From Oligoflexales bacterium (GTDB lineage Bacteria; Bdellovibrionota_B; Oligoflexia; Oligoflexales; RGVZ01): a stretch of 64,000 nucleotides of DNA. The notes beneath the pieces are model-generated. The model saw nothing but the letters and a program-made list of their open reading frames with translations. It had not been told where the DNA came from and searched no databases. Both the position numbers and the translations under genes were made by a program. The DNA lies in NCBI GenBank assembly GCA_947445775.1, contig CANFEB010000003.1:40643-104642 (forward strand). The letters are read 5' to 3'. The stretch's first letter is position 1; each line of letters begins with the position of its first letter. Below are positions 48,022 through 58,234 of the stretch, one piece after another.

Positions 48022-50160
48022 TTAGGCCGCCAGTCCGAAGACGATTAACGTCCGGTCGTCGGGCAATGGCCACTGCTGAAATCCAGAAAATTTTAGAATG
48101 AGTTCCTTTACCTGAGCCGCAGAAGTGGCTGGGGCGCCGGCCGCTAAATTCTTGCGCAGAAATTTGACGAGATGCGCCGTTTGCTGGCTGGTCGAAAAAA
48201 ATCCGTCCGTGGCAATCACCAGAAATGACCCCGGCTCCAATTTCAGTTTGGCCAATTGCCGGTTGGGTAAAATGACGGGAGTCACCGTCCAAACTGGGGG
48301 CTCGAGGTGGCTTCCGGGAGAGTACGAAATCAGAAGTGGCAGCGGAAAGTTTGACCGGTAAATCTCCATGGTGCCAGCCGCGGCATTGAATTCAAGGCCA
48401 AGCATGGTATTTAATTCTTGATCCCCACCAAGGCGATTCAAAAACGATTGCACCTGACCGTCGAATCTGATCAGGCGGTCGCGGCGACGATCCTGCGTCA
48501 CTTGATCGCCGCACCAAAGGGTGTGGGCAATGACATTGGTGGCCGAGGCCTTGAGGGCCGCCTGCACGCCGTGGCCAGTCAAGTCAGACAGGATGACCGT
48601 TAGTTGCTGGGAAGAGTCACTCCAATCAATGAAGTACATGTCCCCGGCCACATACACGGCAGCCTCATGCTGACAGGCCAGCATCAATGGCAGCGGTACC
48701 TGCGGAACCCGCAGAAAAGTTGATTGCACCGTTTTTCCTAGTTCCATCTCGCGCTCGATTGATTGGGCCCTCACTTCGGATCCGGAAAGGGCTTTTACGC
48801 GGGTCTCTAACGACGAAATATTGATGAACGCACTAAAGGCAAGGAGCCAAGCTGAGATGGGCTGAAGTATGTCGACAACTTCTGTGAAGACTGCGGTTTG
48901 CGAGATCGCGGGAATGTATTGTCCGAGTGGATCTAAAATTTGCTCGAAAAATCCCACCGCTGCCACGCTCAGGGCGGCAACGCGCCAGGGCAATTTTCGT
49001 CCAGCAAGAATCGTCGCAGCCCGCACGCAGACGATCAGCCCAATCCCGCCGGCGAGGATGTCGCGGAGGCTGGGTATATGTTGTGGAAAAGTCCAGCCAA
49101 GACGAGTCTCCTCGTAGCGTAGATACCCGTAAAGAATTGAGAGCGGAATTCCAGCGAGGAACCACGGCTGGGTTGATTTGGGGGCAATCCGGGCAAGCTG
49201 CAGGGCAAAATAAACGCGGAAAATATCCCCCATTTGAAAGCAAAAGTTGGCGACGATTCCTTTGTCAATTCCGGGAAGCCAATCAAAGCGCAGACTCATG
49301 GCGGCGGCCTCGAAGCCCATGAACAGGGCCAAGCCGAGGGATTCTGGCGAGCCATCAACTAGCAAAAATAGCGCCAAGGCGAAAATGGCCATGATGATTC
49401 GGCCGACAAAACCAACGTAATCACCTCGTCCCATTCGGTCAGCCGCGGCAAACTCCGAGAGCCCGCGGAATTCTTGAAAGGGCATGACCAGAATCGTCTG
49501 CTCGGCGGACGATAAATTTAGATCGCCAACCGGGATTAGAGGCGATTTTTTGTTGGGCGGGTTCGTCACCCGTACCGAAATTTCTAAAAGGCCACCCGGC
49601 ACCAAGGAGCCATTTTCAGGTAGGGGAATCGTAATCCGCTCGCTTTCAAAAAATTGCCGAACAAAGGCGCCATTGACCCGGACCTCTGCCGTTTTGAAAT
49701 AAATTATTGGCAGAACCAGCACGGGAATTGAGGTCGACCCGACAAGGGGGGCAGCCAACCCGGCCGGAACTTGAAGGACCACAGTCATTTCTGACAAAAT
49801 CGGGACGGCAGCCAGTTCATTGCGTGAAACCACGCGCGAGACCGTTGGTGAAACCATTTGCGACTCGACCATTTGCGACTCGACTATGCGCCAGGTTAAG
49901 GCACGCTCGTCGGGCTTTTTGATCATGGGTCTTTTGGCCGTGTAGCTGTCGAGGTTTTGGCGGCTTTGGGCCAAGGCGATCAGAAAGATCATCAGCAGAG
50001 CAAAGAGGCTCGCCGAGACGGCAATGGTCGTGGCATTGCGGTTTTCATCGCCCGGACGGTTTTGGGAACGCCGCAAATGCCAGCGGTCAAAAGACTCGCT
50101 GGAAAGTCCGTTGCCAAAAACTTTGGAAAGGACATTTCTCAATTTTTTCAGAGACTTCAT
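48022..50160 (-). CDS. 7TM-receptor (7TMR-DISM-like) protein fused to a PP2C/SpoIIE phosphatase domain
   Basis: N-terminal TM plus an extracytoplasmic region, seven clustered TM segments, and a C-terminal GDMYFIDW..LSDLTGHGVQAAL..TDG (SpoIIE/PP2C). Confidence 0.75.
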   Translation of the reverse strand: MKSLKKLRNVLSKVFGNGLSSESFDRWHLRRSQNRPGDENRNATTIAVSASLFALLMIFLIALAQSRQNLDSYTAKRPMIKKPDERALTWRIVESQMVESQMVSPTVSRVVSRNELAAVPILSEMTVVLQVPAGLAAPLVGSTSIPVLVLPIIYFKTAEVRVNGAFVRQFFESERITIPLPENGSLVPGGLLEISVRVTNPPNKKSPLIPVGDLNLSSAEQTILVMPFQEFRGLSEFAAADRMGRGDYVGFVGRIIMAIFALALFLLVDGSPESLGLALFMGFEAAAMSLRFDWLPGIDKGIVANFCFQMGDIFRVYFALQLARIAPKSTQPWFLAGIPLSILYGYLRYEETRLGWTFPQHIPSLRDILAGGIGLIVCVRAATILAGRKLPWRVAALSVAAVGFFEQILDPLGQYIPAISQTAVFTEVVDILQPISAWLLAFSAFINISSLETRVKALSGSEVRAQSIEREMELGKTVQSTFLRVPQVPLPLMLACQHEAAVYVAGDMYFIDWSDSSQQLTVILSDLTGHGVQAALKASATNVIAHTLWCGDQVTQDRRRDRLIRFDGQVQSFLNRLGGDQELNTMLGLEFNAAAGTMEIYRSNFPLPLLISYSPGSHLEPPVWTVTPVILPNRQLAKLKLEPGSFLVIATDGFFSTSQQTAHLVKFLRKNLAAGAPATSAAQVKELILKFSGFQQWPLPDDRTLIVFGLAA
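49853..49882 (-). repeat. 15-bp perfect tandem duplication within the SpoIIE-family gene
   Basis: accatttgcgactcg x2 encodes VESQMVESQM in the extracytoplasmic region. Confidence 0.9.
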
Positions 50161-50314
50161 TTGCGATTTCCCGAAACTAGAGCTGGTCTGGAAGCATCGG
50201 AATAACGAGGCAAGACCGTAGGGGGGTGGTGTTATTTGTAGCGCAAGGTGCCATAATAACAGGGTAATATTTTGACTTTGGGGCAGAACGTGGGTTTTAA
50301 GTTTTGGGGGTAAG

Positions 50315-51436
50315 GTGGAAAAAAAAATCTTAGTGCTTGTTTACGGCGGGCGCTCGACCGAACACGACATCGCATGCCGGAGTGCGGCCTTTGTTTATCG
50401 CTCGCTGGACCGCAGCCTGTATGACCTGCACCTGGTCGGAGTCGACAAAAATGGTGACTGGTATCCCCAAACGCAAACGGCCGCCTGGGAAGTTGATCCC
50501 GTTTTTCTTCCGCTCGACCGCGACTTCACGCGCAACAATCCCCCGGCGGTGATACCGGTCAATCCGCGAGGAGCCTTGGCGGCACTGTGTGGCCTAGAGG
50601 CAAGCGCGTTGGCGGACTGTGTTTTTTTTCCGATGATTCACGGCGTTTCAGGCGAAGACGGAACCTTGCAGGGGCTTTTTGAACTTGCGGGCGTTCCTTT
50701 TGTCGGGCCGGACACCCTCGGATCAGCCGTTGGTATGGACAAGGTAGTTGCGAAAAGGCTTGCCGCCTCGGCAGGCATTCCGATTGTTCCATTTGTCGAG
50801 ATCAACGAAGAAATCTGGGGGGAAGAAAAAGAGGCCATGTGCCGCCGAGCCATTGACGTGCTTGGACTTCCGCTATTTGTCAAACCTGCCCGTCTTGGCA
50901 GTTCAGTTGGAATTCAAAAGGTGAAAACGGCCGAAGGGCTGATGCCGGCTGTTGAGCAGGCTCTGCAATTTGATGACAAGGTTTTGATTGAGCAGGGCCT
51001 GGAGGTCCGGGAGGTTGAATGCGCGATGCTAGGCACCGCGCGCGCCAAGCCTTCGGTCGTGGGTGAAGTTGTTCTTGATGCGGAATTTTATTCTTACGAA
51101 GAAAAATACGCAAAAAACTCCCGAGCCACGACGCGCATTCCAGCCGATCTGACGCCTGAACTCACCGCAGAGATTCAAAAACTTTCAGCCAGACTATTTG
51201 AAGTGTTGGCTCTCTACGGCATGGCCCGCGTGGACTGGTTTTTGGAAAAGAAAACCGGCCAGCTTTACTTCAATGAAGTGAACACAATTCCTGGGTTTAC
51301 TCAAGTGTCCCACTACCCGCTCTTTTGGGCAAAATCAGGCAAGGATGCAACGAGCCTGTTGTCCGATTTAATTGGGCTGAGCCTTCGGCGGGCCCAGATC
51401 AAGTCAGGGTTGAAGCGGGAAATTCCAGATTGCTAA
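50315..51436 (+). CDS. ddl: D-alanine--D-alanine ligase (DdlA-length)
   Basis: ILVLVYGGRSTEHDIACRSA, FPMIHGVSGEDGTLQGLFEL and an ATP-grasp C-terminus (NEVNTIPGFT). GTG start. Confidence 0.93.
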   Translation: MEKKILVLVYGGRSTEHDIACRSAAFVYRSLDRSLYDLHLVGVDKNGDWYPQTQTAAWEVDPVFLPLDRDFTRNNPPAVIPVNPRGALAALCGLEASALADCVFFPMIHGVSGEDGTLQGLFELAGVPFVGPDTLGSAVGMDKVVAKRLAASAGIPIVPFVEINEEIWGEEKEAMCRRAIDVLGLPLFVKPARLGSSVGIQKVKTAEGLMPAVEQALQFDDKVLIEQGLEVREVECAMLGTARAKPSVVGEVVLDAEFYSYEEKYAKNSRATTRIPADLTPELTAEIQKLSARLFEVLALYGMARVDWFLEKKTGQLYFNEVNTIPGFTQVSHYPLFWAKSGKDATSLLSDLIGLSLRRAQIKSGLKREIPDC

Positions 51437-51455
51437 AATTATCCGCGCAGCAGTT

Positions 51456-52154
51456 TTAGATCGGAGGGGCGATTAGCCAGTTTCGCTCTAGGGCTTCGGC
51501 CAGGTTGCGACAGGTTTCAGAGGCACCGGCAGCGAGCAAGATTTTTGCGGGATGCTGGGTGGTTACACCCACGGCAAACATCCCAGCTTTTACCGCGGCG
51601 GAAATTCCGTGGGTGCTGTCTTCAAAAATAATGGTGCGGCGGTGATCGGCCGGAGAGATTCCGAGGCGGGTTGCGCAAAGTAAAAAAACGTCAGGAGCCG
51701 GTTTCGGCTTTTTTACGTCTTCAACTGCGACAATGATGGGAACGGCCAGGCCCAGTACGCCAAGGGTTTGTTCAATGAAGGCGCGGTTCGCGTTGCTGGC
51801 AATCCCCCAAGGGATGCTACCTGTGGCGAGGCTATGAAATAATTCCGCCGCGCCTGGCAGCGCGCACACGGGCTGGTCCAAATTTTCAAGAAATTCTCTC
51901 TTCAGGCGGACGAGATCGGGTGCGCGGGCCGGGGCGCCATATTCCTCGGCCAACAGCACGGCAATGGCAACGGTCGAGTGCCCGATGAGTCTGGATGGGT
52001 TGGTTAGTGACGCCCCGAACAAGGCAAGCACGGCGGCATCCCACGCCTGCAAGTGGGCCCCAAGGCTGTCGACAACGACACCGTCAAAATCAAAAATGAA
52101 ACCGGTTGCGGGTTTTGCCAAGGCGTTATCTCCGTCAGTCGTGTATGCTTTCAA
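51456..52154 (-). CDS. HAD-superfamily hydrolase (beta-phosphoglucomutase/phosphatase-like)
   Basis: Motif I (FDFDGVVVDS), motif II (ASN) and motif IV (FEDSTHG). Confidence 0.75.
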   Translation of the reverse strand: MKAYTTDGDNALAKPATGFIFDFDGVVVDSLGAHLQAWDAAVLALFGASLTNPSRLIGHSTVAIAVLLAEEYGAPARAPDLVRLKREFLENLDQPVCALPGAAELFHSLATGSIPWGIASNANRAFIEQTLGVLGLAVPIIVAVEDVKKPKPAPDVFLLCATRLGISPADHRRTIIFEDSTHGISAAVKAGMFAVGVTTQHPAKILLAAGASETCRNLAEALERNWLIAPPI

Positions 52155-52174
52155 TTCCAGCGAAAGGCAAGATC

Positions 52175-52771
52175 ATGCAGAAGCATTTTTCAAGATCCCT
52201 GTTGTGGTTGTTCCTTGTGATCCTCGGCAGCATCACACTGGATCAGTCCTCCAAAGTTCACGCTGAGCGCACGCTTCGCGTTTGGGAAGACCCTTCCGAC
52301 TTGACGGCCTATCGGGGGCGCCGGGTCCCGCTGACTGCGTTGGGCAATCAGTACGATGCTACGGGCACGTCCCAATACGTTTCGTTAAATCTGAATTACG
52401 TCCGCAATCAAGGCGCCGCCTGGGGGATGCTTGCCGATGCTAAAGATCATTTCCGCATCCCGTTTTTCTTTTTGGTTACAGCCGTGGCCCTCGTTGCCAT
52501 CGCCATGTATTTTCGCGCAACCCCACCCCACCACAAGTTGGCACGATACGCCCTCGCCCTGATTTTTTCCGGCGCGATAGGAAATTTTATCGACCGCGTT
52601 CGCCTGGGCTACGTCATCGACTGGATTGACGTCCACTGGCGCGTGCTTGGCTGGCAGTACTATTTTCCTAATTTCAACGTGGCGGACGCAGCCATCACGG
52701 TCGGCGTTGTTTTGTTGCTGGTGGACACAATATTGCTGGAGCGGCAACGCCAGATTGAGGGCCAAGCATAG
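52175..52771 (+). CDS. lspA: Lipoprotein signal peptidase II
   Basis: LDQSSK..., NQGAAWGM, GNFIDR and FNVADAAI motifs. ATG at 52175 fits the family N-terminus. Confidence 0.9.
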   Translation: MQKHFSRSLLWLFLVILGSITLDQSSKVHAERTLRVWEDPSDLTAYRGRRVPLTALGNQYDATGTSQYVSLNLNYVRNQGAAWGMLADAKDHFRIPFFFLVTAVALVAIAMYFRATPPHHKLARYALALIFSGAIGNFIDRVRLGYVIDWIDVHWRVLGWQYYFPNFNVADAAITVGVVLLLVDTILLERQRQIEGQA

Positions 52772-52783
52772 GGGGTCGTTGTC

Positions 52784-55285
52784 ATGGCGCAGATGCTTCT
52801 AAGAAATGCGACGACAAAGGTGGCAGAGGCCCTTCAGGGCGCCATTATGGAGTTGGCCAATCAGCAAAAATCGGTGGTCACCGCCGAGGTCATGATTTTG
52901 GCCCTTGTTGAGCAAAAAGATTCCATTGTCCTGCGTATTTTTGAAGAGCTTAAACGTGATTCCGGCGCCCTGCGGCGTGAGCTGTCGGACCGAATCCTTG
53001 CCCACGCACAAACCCTGCCCGACATTCCTCCCGGTAAGACCGGCACCATGCGGATCTCGCAAGAGTTGCAAAATCTTTTTGAAGCCGCTGAAGCACAGCG
53101 GAAAAAATTTGGCGACGATTACGTGTCGACCGGGGCGGTTTTTCTGGCGGGGTTTGACAAAAATATTCCCGGCGCGCGTCAGGTCCTCAGCGACTGTGGT
53201 CTGGAATATGAGTCGTCCTATAAGGCTTTAGTGGCTATTCGTGGCAACCTTAAGATTGATCAGAAGGATGATGAATCCCGTCAGAGCATGATCGACAAGT
53301 ACACGACGGACATGACGGCCCTTGCGCGCCGGGGAGCCTTGGATCCCGTGATTGGTCGTGAAATGGAAATCGAACGCGTCATTGAGATTTTGTCGCGCCG
53401 CAAGAAAAACAATCCGGTTTTAATTGGGGAGCCTGGCGTCGGAAAAACTGTAATTGTCGAAGGTTTGGCCCAGCGCATTGTCGAGGCCAATGTGCCGGAG
53501 CACCTGCTGAATAAAAGGGTGCTTTCCCTGGAAATGGGAACATTGATCGCCGGCGCAAAAATGCAGGGCGAATTTGAAGAGCGCTTAAAAACGATCATCG
53601 ACGAAGTGGTGTCATCCTCTGGCGAGATCATTGTGTTTATTGATGAATTGCACACTGTCGTCGGCGCAGGCCGTACGGGCGGCGGACTTGATGCCTCTAA
53701 CATGCTGAAGCCAGCATTGGCCCGAGGGATGATGCAATGCATCGGGGCGACGACCAATCGCGAGTACAAACAGTTTGTTGAATCTGACAAGGCCCTCGAA
53801 CGTCGGTTTCAACATGTGCGCGTCCAGGAGCCAAGCGTTGCCCAGACGGTGGAGGTCCTCAAGGGTCTCAGGCCGAAGTATGAGGCCCATCACCAGATCG
53901 AATATACGGACGCCGCATTGAGTTCGGCCGCCGAACTTTCCGACCGGTATATTGTGGACCGGTGTTTGCCCGATAAGGCCATTGACCTGATGGATGAGGC
54001 GGGTGCGTCGAAACATCTAAAAGTGATTCATACCCCACAGGCGCTGCGCGCGCTTGAGACGGAGCGGCAGGCCCTTCAAGAAAAAAAGGCTGATGCCTTT
54101 AAGGCGCAGGATTTTGAGCGCATGGCAGCGCATCAGATGGAGCTGTCACGCGTCGAGGCAAAAATTGCGGCCGAACGCCAGAACAGTCACTCCAACATGA
54201 ATGAAAGTGAAAGGCGAGTTGATGCACAAGACATCGCGGCGGTGGTTCACAGGCTGACGGGCATTCCGGTAGACAAAATGATGTCGGCAGAGGCGGAACG
54301 CTTGCGAAACCTAGAGTCTCGATTACAAGTCAGGGTTATCGGGCAAAGCCACGCAGTTCATTCTGTGGCCAATGCCATTCGGCGCAATCGGGCTGGACTC
54401 CGCAAACCCGATGCCCCCATTGCGTCGTTTCTTTTTTTGGGTCCGACGGGCGTTGGAAAAACAGAGTTGGCTAAGGCGATCGCCGCTGAACTGATGAACG
54501 ATGAGGCGAAGATCATTCGCATCGACATGTCGGAATTCATGGAGCGGCATTCCGTTTCGAAACTGGTGGGATCGCCGCCTGGATACGTCGGTTATGGCGA
54601 GGGCGGACAATTGACCGAAAAGGTCCGGCACCAGCCTTATTCCGTTGTTTTATTCGATGAATTTGAGAAGGCGCATCCCGACATTTACAACCTTCTTCTT
54701 CAAGTTCTTGATGAGGGCTGGTTGACAGACAGCGAAGGCCAACGGGTGAGTTTTCGCAATTGCGTCATTGTTGGCACTTCCAATATTGGCTCAGAACATC
54801 TGACCCAGGCAAGGCGTCCGGTTGGTATCGCAGCCCAAGCAGAACCTTTGGATGAGAGCGAAGAAAAAAAATTAGTCTTGGGCGAGGTGAAAAACCATCT
54901 GCGTCCTGAGTTTGTAAACCGCTTGGATGAGATCATTGTTTTTCATCGCCTTGGGGCAACTGAATTGTCAGCAATTTTAGGGATTCAAATCCGCGAACTT
55001 GCGGGCAGGCTTGAACGGCTTGGCTTGACGCTTAATGTTTCTGAATCTGCCCAAAAGGCCCTCCTTGAAGGGATTGACGCAGCGTCTTATGGAGCCCGGC
55101 CCCTGCGCAGGCGCATTGAGCAGACCATTGAAAACGAGATTGCCAATTTACTGGTGTCGCCAAATCCGCCGTCCTCTGGCGAAATTCAGGTGGATCACCA
55201 TTCCGGCAAATTCAAGATTACCGGTATTGGCGCGAGCCCCGGAGCCAAGCCAGGCGAGGTTCAGCGAGGCCAGCAACCTAAATGA
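52784..55285 (+). CDS. clpC: Clp/Hsp100 AAA+ chaperone, ClpC-like (two NBDs, Clp_N repeats, UVR-like linker)
   Basis: GEPGVGKT (NBD1), [12 protein letters not shown] (NBD2), and a middle [11 protein letters not shown] motif. Confidence 0.85.
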   Translation: MAQMLLRNATTKVAEALQGAIMELANQQKSVVTAEVMILALVEQKDSIVLRIFEELKRDSGALRRELSDRILAHAQTLPDIPPGKTGTMRISQELQNLFEAAEAQRKKFGDDYVSTGAVFLAGFDKNIPGARQVLSDCGLEYESSYKALVAIRGNLKIDQKDDESRQSMIDKYTTDMTALARRGALDPVIGREMEIERVIEILSRRKKNNPVLIGEPGVGKTVIVEGLAQRIVEANVPEHLLNKRVLSLEMGTLIAGAKMQGEFEERLKTIIDEVVSSSGEIIVFIDELHTVVGAGRTGGGLDASNMLKPALARGMMQCIGATTNREYKQFVESDKALERRFQHVRVQEPSVAQTVEVLKGLRPKYEAHHQIEYTDAALSSAAELSDRYIVDRCLPDKAIDLMDEAGASKHLKVIHTPQALRALETERQALQEKKADAFKAQDFERMAAHQMELSRVEAKIAAERQNSHSNMNESERRVDAQDIAAVVHRLTGIPVDKMMSAEAERLRNLESRLQVRVIGQSHAVHSVANAIRRNRAGLRKPDAPIASFLFLGPTGVGKTELAKAIAAELMNDEAKIIRIDMSEFMERHSVSKLVGSPPGYVGYGEGGQLTEKVRHQPYSVVLFDEFEKAHPDIYNLLLQVLDEGWLTDSEGQRVSFRNCVIVGTSNIGSEHLTQARRPVGIAAQAEPLDESEEKKLVLGEVKNHLRPEFVNRLDEIIVFHRLGATELSAILGIQIRELAGRLERLGLTLNVSESAQKALLEGIDAASYGARPLRRRIEQTIENEIANLLVSPNPPSSGEIQVDHHSGKFKITGIGASPGAKPGEVQRGQQPK

Positions 55286-57594
55286 CAAACTTGCGGCATA
55301 GGGTCGGAGTTTTTTTGCCCAAGTCCCGGCTTATCACCTTTGCATTCTCAATGGCGACGGCACTGCCCACGGAATCCTTTGGGGCAAACGAAGAAAAAAT
55401 AATCGCTTCCCTGCGCCAGGCCCGGTCCCGGGAAACCGCCGATCAGCAATCCGTCCTCCAATCCTTGAGGCGGACCTACTTGGAGTCCACTGGTCCATCA
55501 CGCAGTCTGGTGGCTTTGGGACTCGGTGGCATTTATGCCCGTGAGGCACCTTCAACAGCACTGCAATATTTGTCACTTGCGAGCACTGGGCTGGCCATGC
55601 GGCCGGAATTTTCGCCGGCGATATCCTATTACAGGGCTCTCGCCAAAAGCTCTCTTGGCTATCAGACCGAAAGCGTTGAAATTATTCGCCGCGAATTATC
55701 TAGCAAGGGTATCAATGACGGATGGAATCGGGCCCTGCACGCCATCCTCCTGGTAAATCTGGCAACGCTGCGGTGGGACAGCGAATTTCTTTCTACCTAT
55801 GGGGCGTTTGTCGCTAAATTTCCCGCCAGCAAGAATTATCAGAGATTTGCAGTCCGGGCCGCGCGGGCCCAGGATCAAAGGCCGGTTCCCCCAACATTTG
55901 TTGCGGCCCTTGAATCGCTTTCGCTTTCCTACCCCTATTCGCTCGAGGCATCGTGGGCATTTCGGCGCCTTTTGGCATTGAAGTGTGAGGATGATCCCAA
56001 GGCAAAAAAAATTGCGCCCTCTCGCGACCTGTTGATCTCATTGGGGCGCAATGCCAGCCTTGACGAAGGTGTGCAAGATCTTGTCGCCTCCCTGCTGGAG
56101 GGCGTGGTCCGGGAAAAATTTCGGGGCAACCGCAAACTCGATGCGGTGGAACTGGTCGAGTCCATGGGCAGGGCCAAGATTGGGGACCGCGCCTTGAAAC
56201 TAGCGCTTGATGAACTGGAGCACGCGCGGCTTTGGCGCGATCGCACCCTTGAGCAGCGAATTTTGCCGGTGATCGCACGGATTCATTACAACCAGCAGGA
56301 TTATTTATCGGCGGATCGGATTTTTTCTGTGATCAGAGAATCCTTTCCCGGCCTGATGGACAATTCTAAAATGCGCGAGTTTCTCGCTGAAAACTACGCC
56401 CGCCTTGGCTCTCATCGACTTGCTGCAGAAGAATTCCGCGTCCTTTCCGAGCGCCACTACGGCAACCAACAATTTCCTTGGCAGCACTTTTGGTCGCTTT
56501 ATCGGGCTGGTAACTTTAGCCACGCCGCAGGTTTGCTCGGTGGCAGAGCGGCTTCTGGATCAATTGATCGGGAAGGCGGTGCGGACGCGGCCTTCTGGGG
56601 CGCAAGGGTTTTAGGAAAAAAGGATGTTGGGGCCGGACGCGCAGCCTTGCAGCGTATTGTTGATGAACGGGGCGAGAGTTTTTACGGGATCATGGCCGCC
56701 CTTGATTTAGACGGTGTGATCGTGACCGTCCACGAAACTAAGGCTGTTAACGATGCCGCTCAACAGCGTAAACCTAAACCACTGGTATTTGATCCGGCTG
56801 TGCCCGTCGATGACCTAAAATTGGTGGAACTCCTTCTTGACGTTCGGATGGTTGAGGCGGCACGTTTTCAAATGGCAGGGATTTCTTGGGACGACCAGGA
56901 TGAAGAAGGCAGCAGCGTACTTGGGCAGTTTGCCTTTTCGGTCGATAATTTTCGCGCAGGTTTTAGCGCGGCCCACCGCCTGCCACGAGACACCGATAAA
57001 CCTCCATTGTCCCTGAAGGGGCTTACGGCCGACCGGGCCGTAAAGCCAATCTGGAGGCTTTTGTTCCCCATGGCCTACAGCCAAATGGTGGAAGAATTTG
57101 GTCGCCAGGCCGGTGTCGACAAATTTTTTGTGTTGTCCATCATGAGGACTGAAAGCCATTACAACCCCGATGCCCAATCCAGCGTGGGCGCTCAGGGACT
57201 CATGCAAATCATGCCAGCGACTGCAGTGAGAATTGCCCGCCTTCTTGGTGATGCCACCTTCAATATTTCTGACCTCAAGGAACCAAAGGTCAGCATCGCC
57301 TACGGGGCTTATTATCTTGAAAAATTACTGCGATTTTATGGCGGAAATTACGGCCTTGCCGCTGCGGCCTACAATGCTGGACCTCAAGCAGTGAACACCT
57401 GGATCGAAGCCTGCCCGGGTTGTGACATGGCTGAATTTGTTGAATCCATCCCCTACAGGGAAACCCGCCGATATGTAAAAAGCACAATCAGGAATCTGGT
57501 GACCTACCGGGCAATCTATAACGGGACAAAATTTTCTTCTGATGAGCTACGCATGCCGGTGGGCCCCCTGCCCGAGGGCGAAACACTTTTTTAG
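55282..57594 (+). CDS. slt: Soluble lytic murein transglycosylase (Slt70-like; superhelical N-terminal domain plus SLT domain)
   Basis: MRTESHYNPDAQSSVGAQGLMQIMPATA and AAYNAGP. ATGA overlap with the clpC stop. Confidence 0.85.
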   Translation: MTNLRHRVGVFLPKSRLITFAFSMATALPTESFGANEEKIIASLRQARSRETADQQSVLQSLRRTYLESTGPSRSLVALGLGGIYAREAPSTALQYLSLASTGLAMRPEFSPAISYYRALAKSSLGYQTESVEIIRRELSSKGINDGWNRALHAILLVNLATLRWDSEFLSTYGAFVAKFPASKNYQRFAVRAARAQDQRPVPPTFVAALESLSLSYPYSLEASWAFRRLLALKCEDDPKAKKIAPSRDLLISLGRNASLDEGVQDLVASLLEGVVREKFRGNRKLDAVELVESMGRAKIGDRALKLALDELEHARLWRDRTLEQRILPVIARIHYNQQDYLSADRIFSVIRESFPGLMDNSKMREFLAENYARLGSHRLAAEEFRVLSERHYGNQQFPWQHFWSLYRAGNFSHAAGLLGGRAASGSIDREGGADAAFWGARVLGKKDVGAGRAALQRIVDERGESFYGIMAALDLDGVIVTVHETKAVNDAAQQRKPKPLVFDPAVPVDDLKLVELLLDVRMVEAARFQMAGISWDDQDEEGSSVLGQFAFSVDNFRAGFSAAHRLPRDTDKPPLSLKGLTADRAVKPIWRLLFPMAYSQMVEEFGRQAGVDKFFVLSIMRTESHYNPDAQSSVGAQGLMQIMPATAVRIARLLGDATFNISDLKEPKVSIAYGAYYLEKLLRFYGGNYGLAAAAYNAGPQAVNTWIEACPGCDMAEFVESIPYRETRRYVKSTIRNLVTYRAIYNGTKFSSDELRMPVGPLPEGETLF

Positions 57595-57673
57595 CGCGTC
57601 AAATAACTGACAGGCTGCGCGTTGCTTCCACGGTTGGTTTATAATGAAAGAAGGAAATTCCTGGGGGTGAGGC

Positions 57674-58225
57674 GTGGAAAAAAATTGGATGTCGATTAAC
57701 GACTATTCACGTTCGTATTCAATTTCGGACATGACGGTGAGGCGCCGAATCAGAACGGGAAAATTGCAGGCAGTCTTACGCGATGGAAAATATTTTATTC
57801 AAATCCCGTATGGACACGCCCCATTTCCTGAAAACGAATCAGCGCAGGCGCCGCCTCTACCGTCGCCAGTCATGATGGCCCAAGTCGTTTCAGCCGCCTC
57901 GGCTACCGCAGCGCGGTCGCGCACGCAGCAGGGCGCGACGCAACTTCCTCAGCACCCGGTAGAATTTCGGCATGTTCCACCGCATCTGGCGGCGACCCTG
58001 GGATCCCGCGATTCGGTGAATGTGGCTAGCGCGGAGCTTCTTGCCTTTTGCGAGGCATCCCTGCGACGGTTTGCAGACTTCGAACGCCGGATTGTGGCGG
58101 AAAACCAAACAAAAATTCAGGCGCTGCAGCAAGAACTCAATATTAAAAACCTGGAGCTGAAACAATTCAAGCAACAGGTCGAGGACTTGCAGGTCTTGGT
58201 TAATCTTATGGAGAGCCGCCGCTAG
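57674..58225 (+). CDS. Excisionase/MerR-type HTH protein with a C-terminal coiled coil
   Basis: MSINDYSRSYSISDMTVRRRIRTGKL (HTH_17-like) and a C-terminal heptad region (QALQQELNIKNLELKQFKQQVEDLQ). Confidence 0.55.
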   Translation: MEKNWMSINDYSRSYSISDMTVRRRIRTGKLQAVLRDGKYFIQIPYGHAPFPENESAQAPPLPSPVMMAQVVSAASATAARSRTQQGATQLPQHPVEFRHVPPHLAATLGSRDSVNVASAELLAFCEASLRRFADFERRIVAENQTKIQALQQELNIKNLELKQFKQQVEDLQVLVNLMESRR

Positions 58226-58234
58226 GCCGGCGCC

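Noticed and set aside
50319-50327. An A9 tract in codons 2-4 of ddl, considered as a phase-variation switch
   Set aside because: ddl is an essential housekeeping gene, the tract simply encodes E-K-K, and A-runs are less slippage-prone than G/C-runs. It is noted but not considered meaningful without population data.
57613-57626. A sigma-54-like promoter (GGCTGCGCGTTGCT) upstream of the HTH gene
   Set aside because: The GG-to-GC spacing is one nucleotide shorter than the canonical TGGCAC-N5-TTGC, and the -24 element is imperfect. No enhancer-binding protein gene is nearby.
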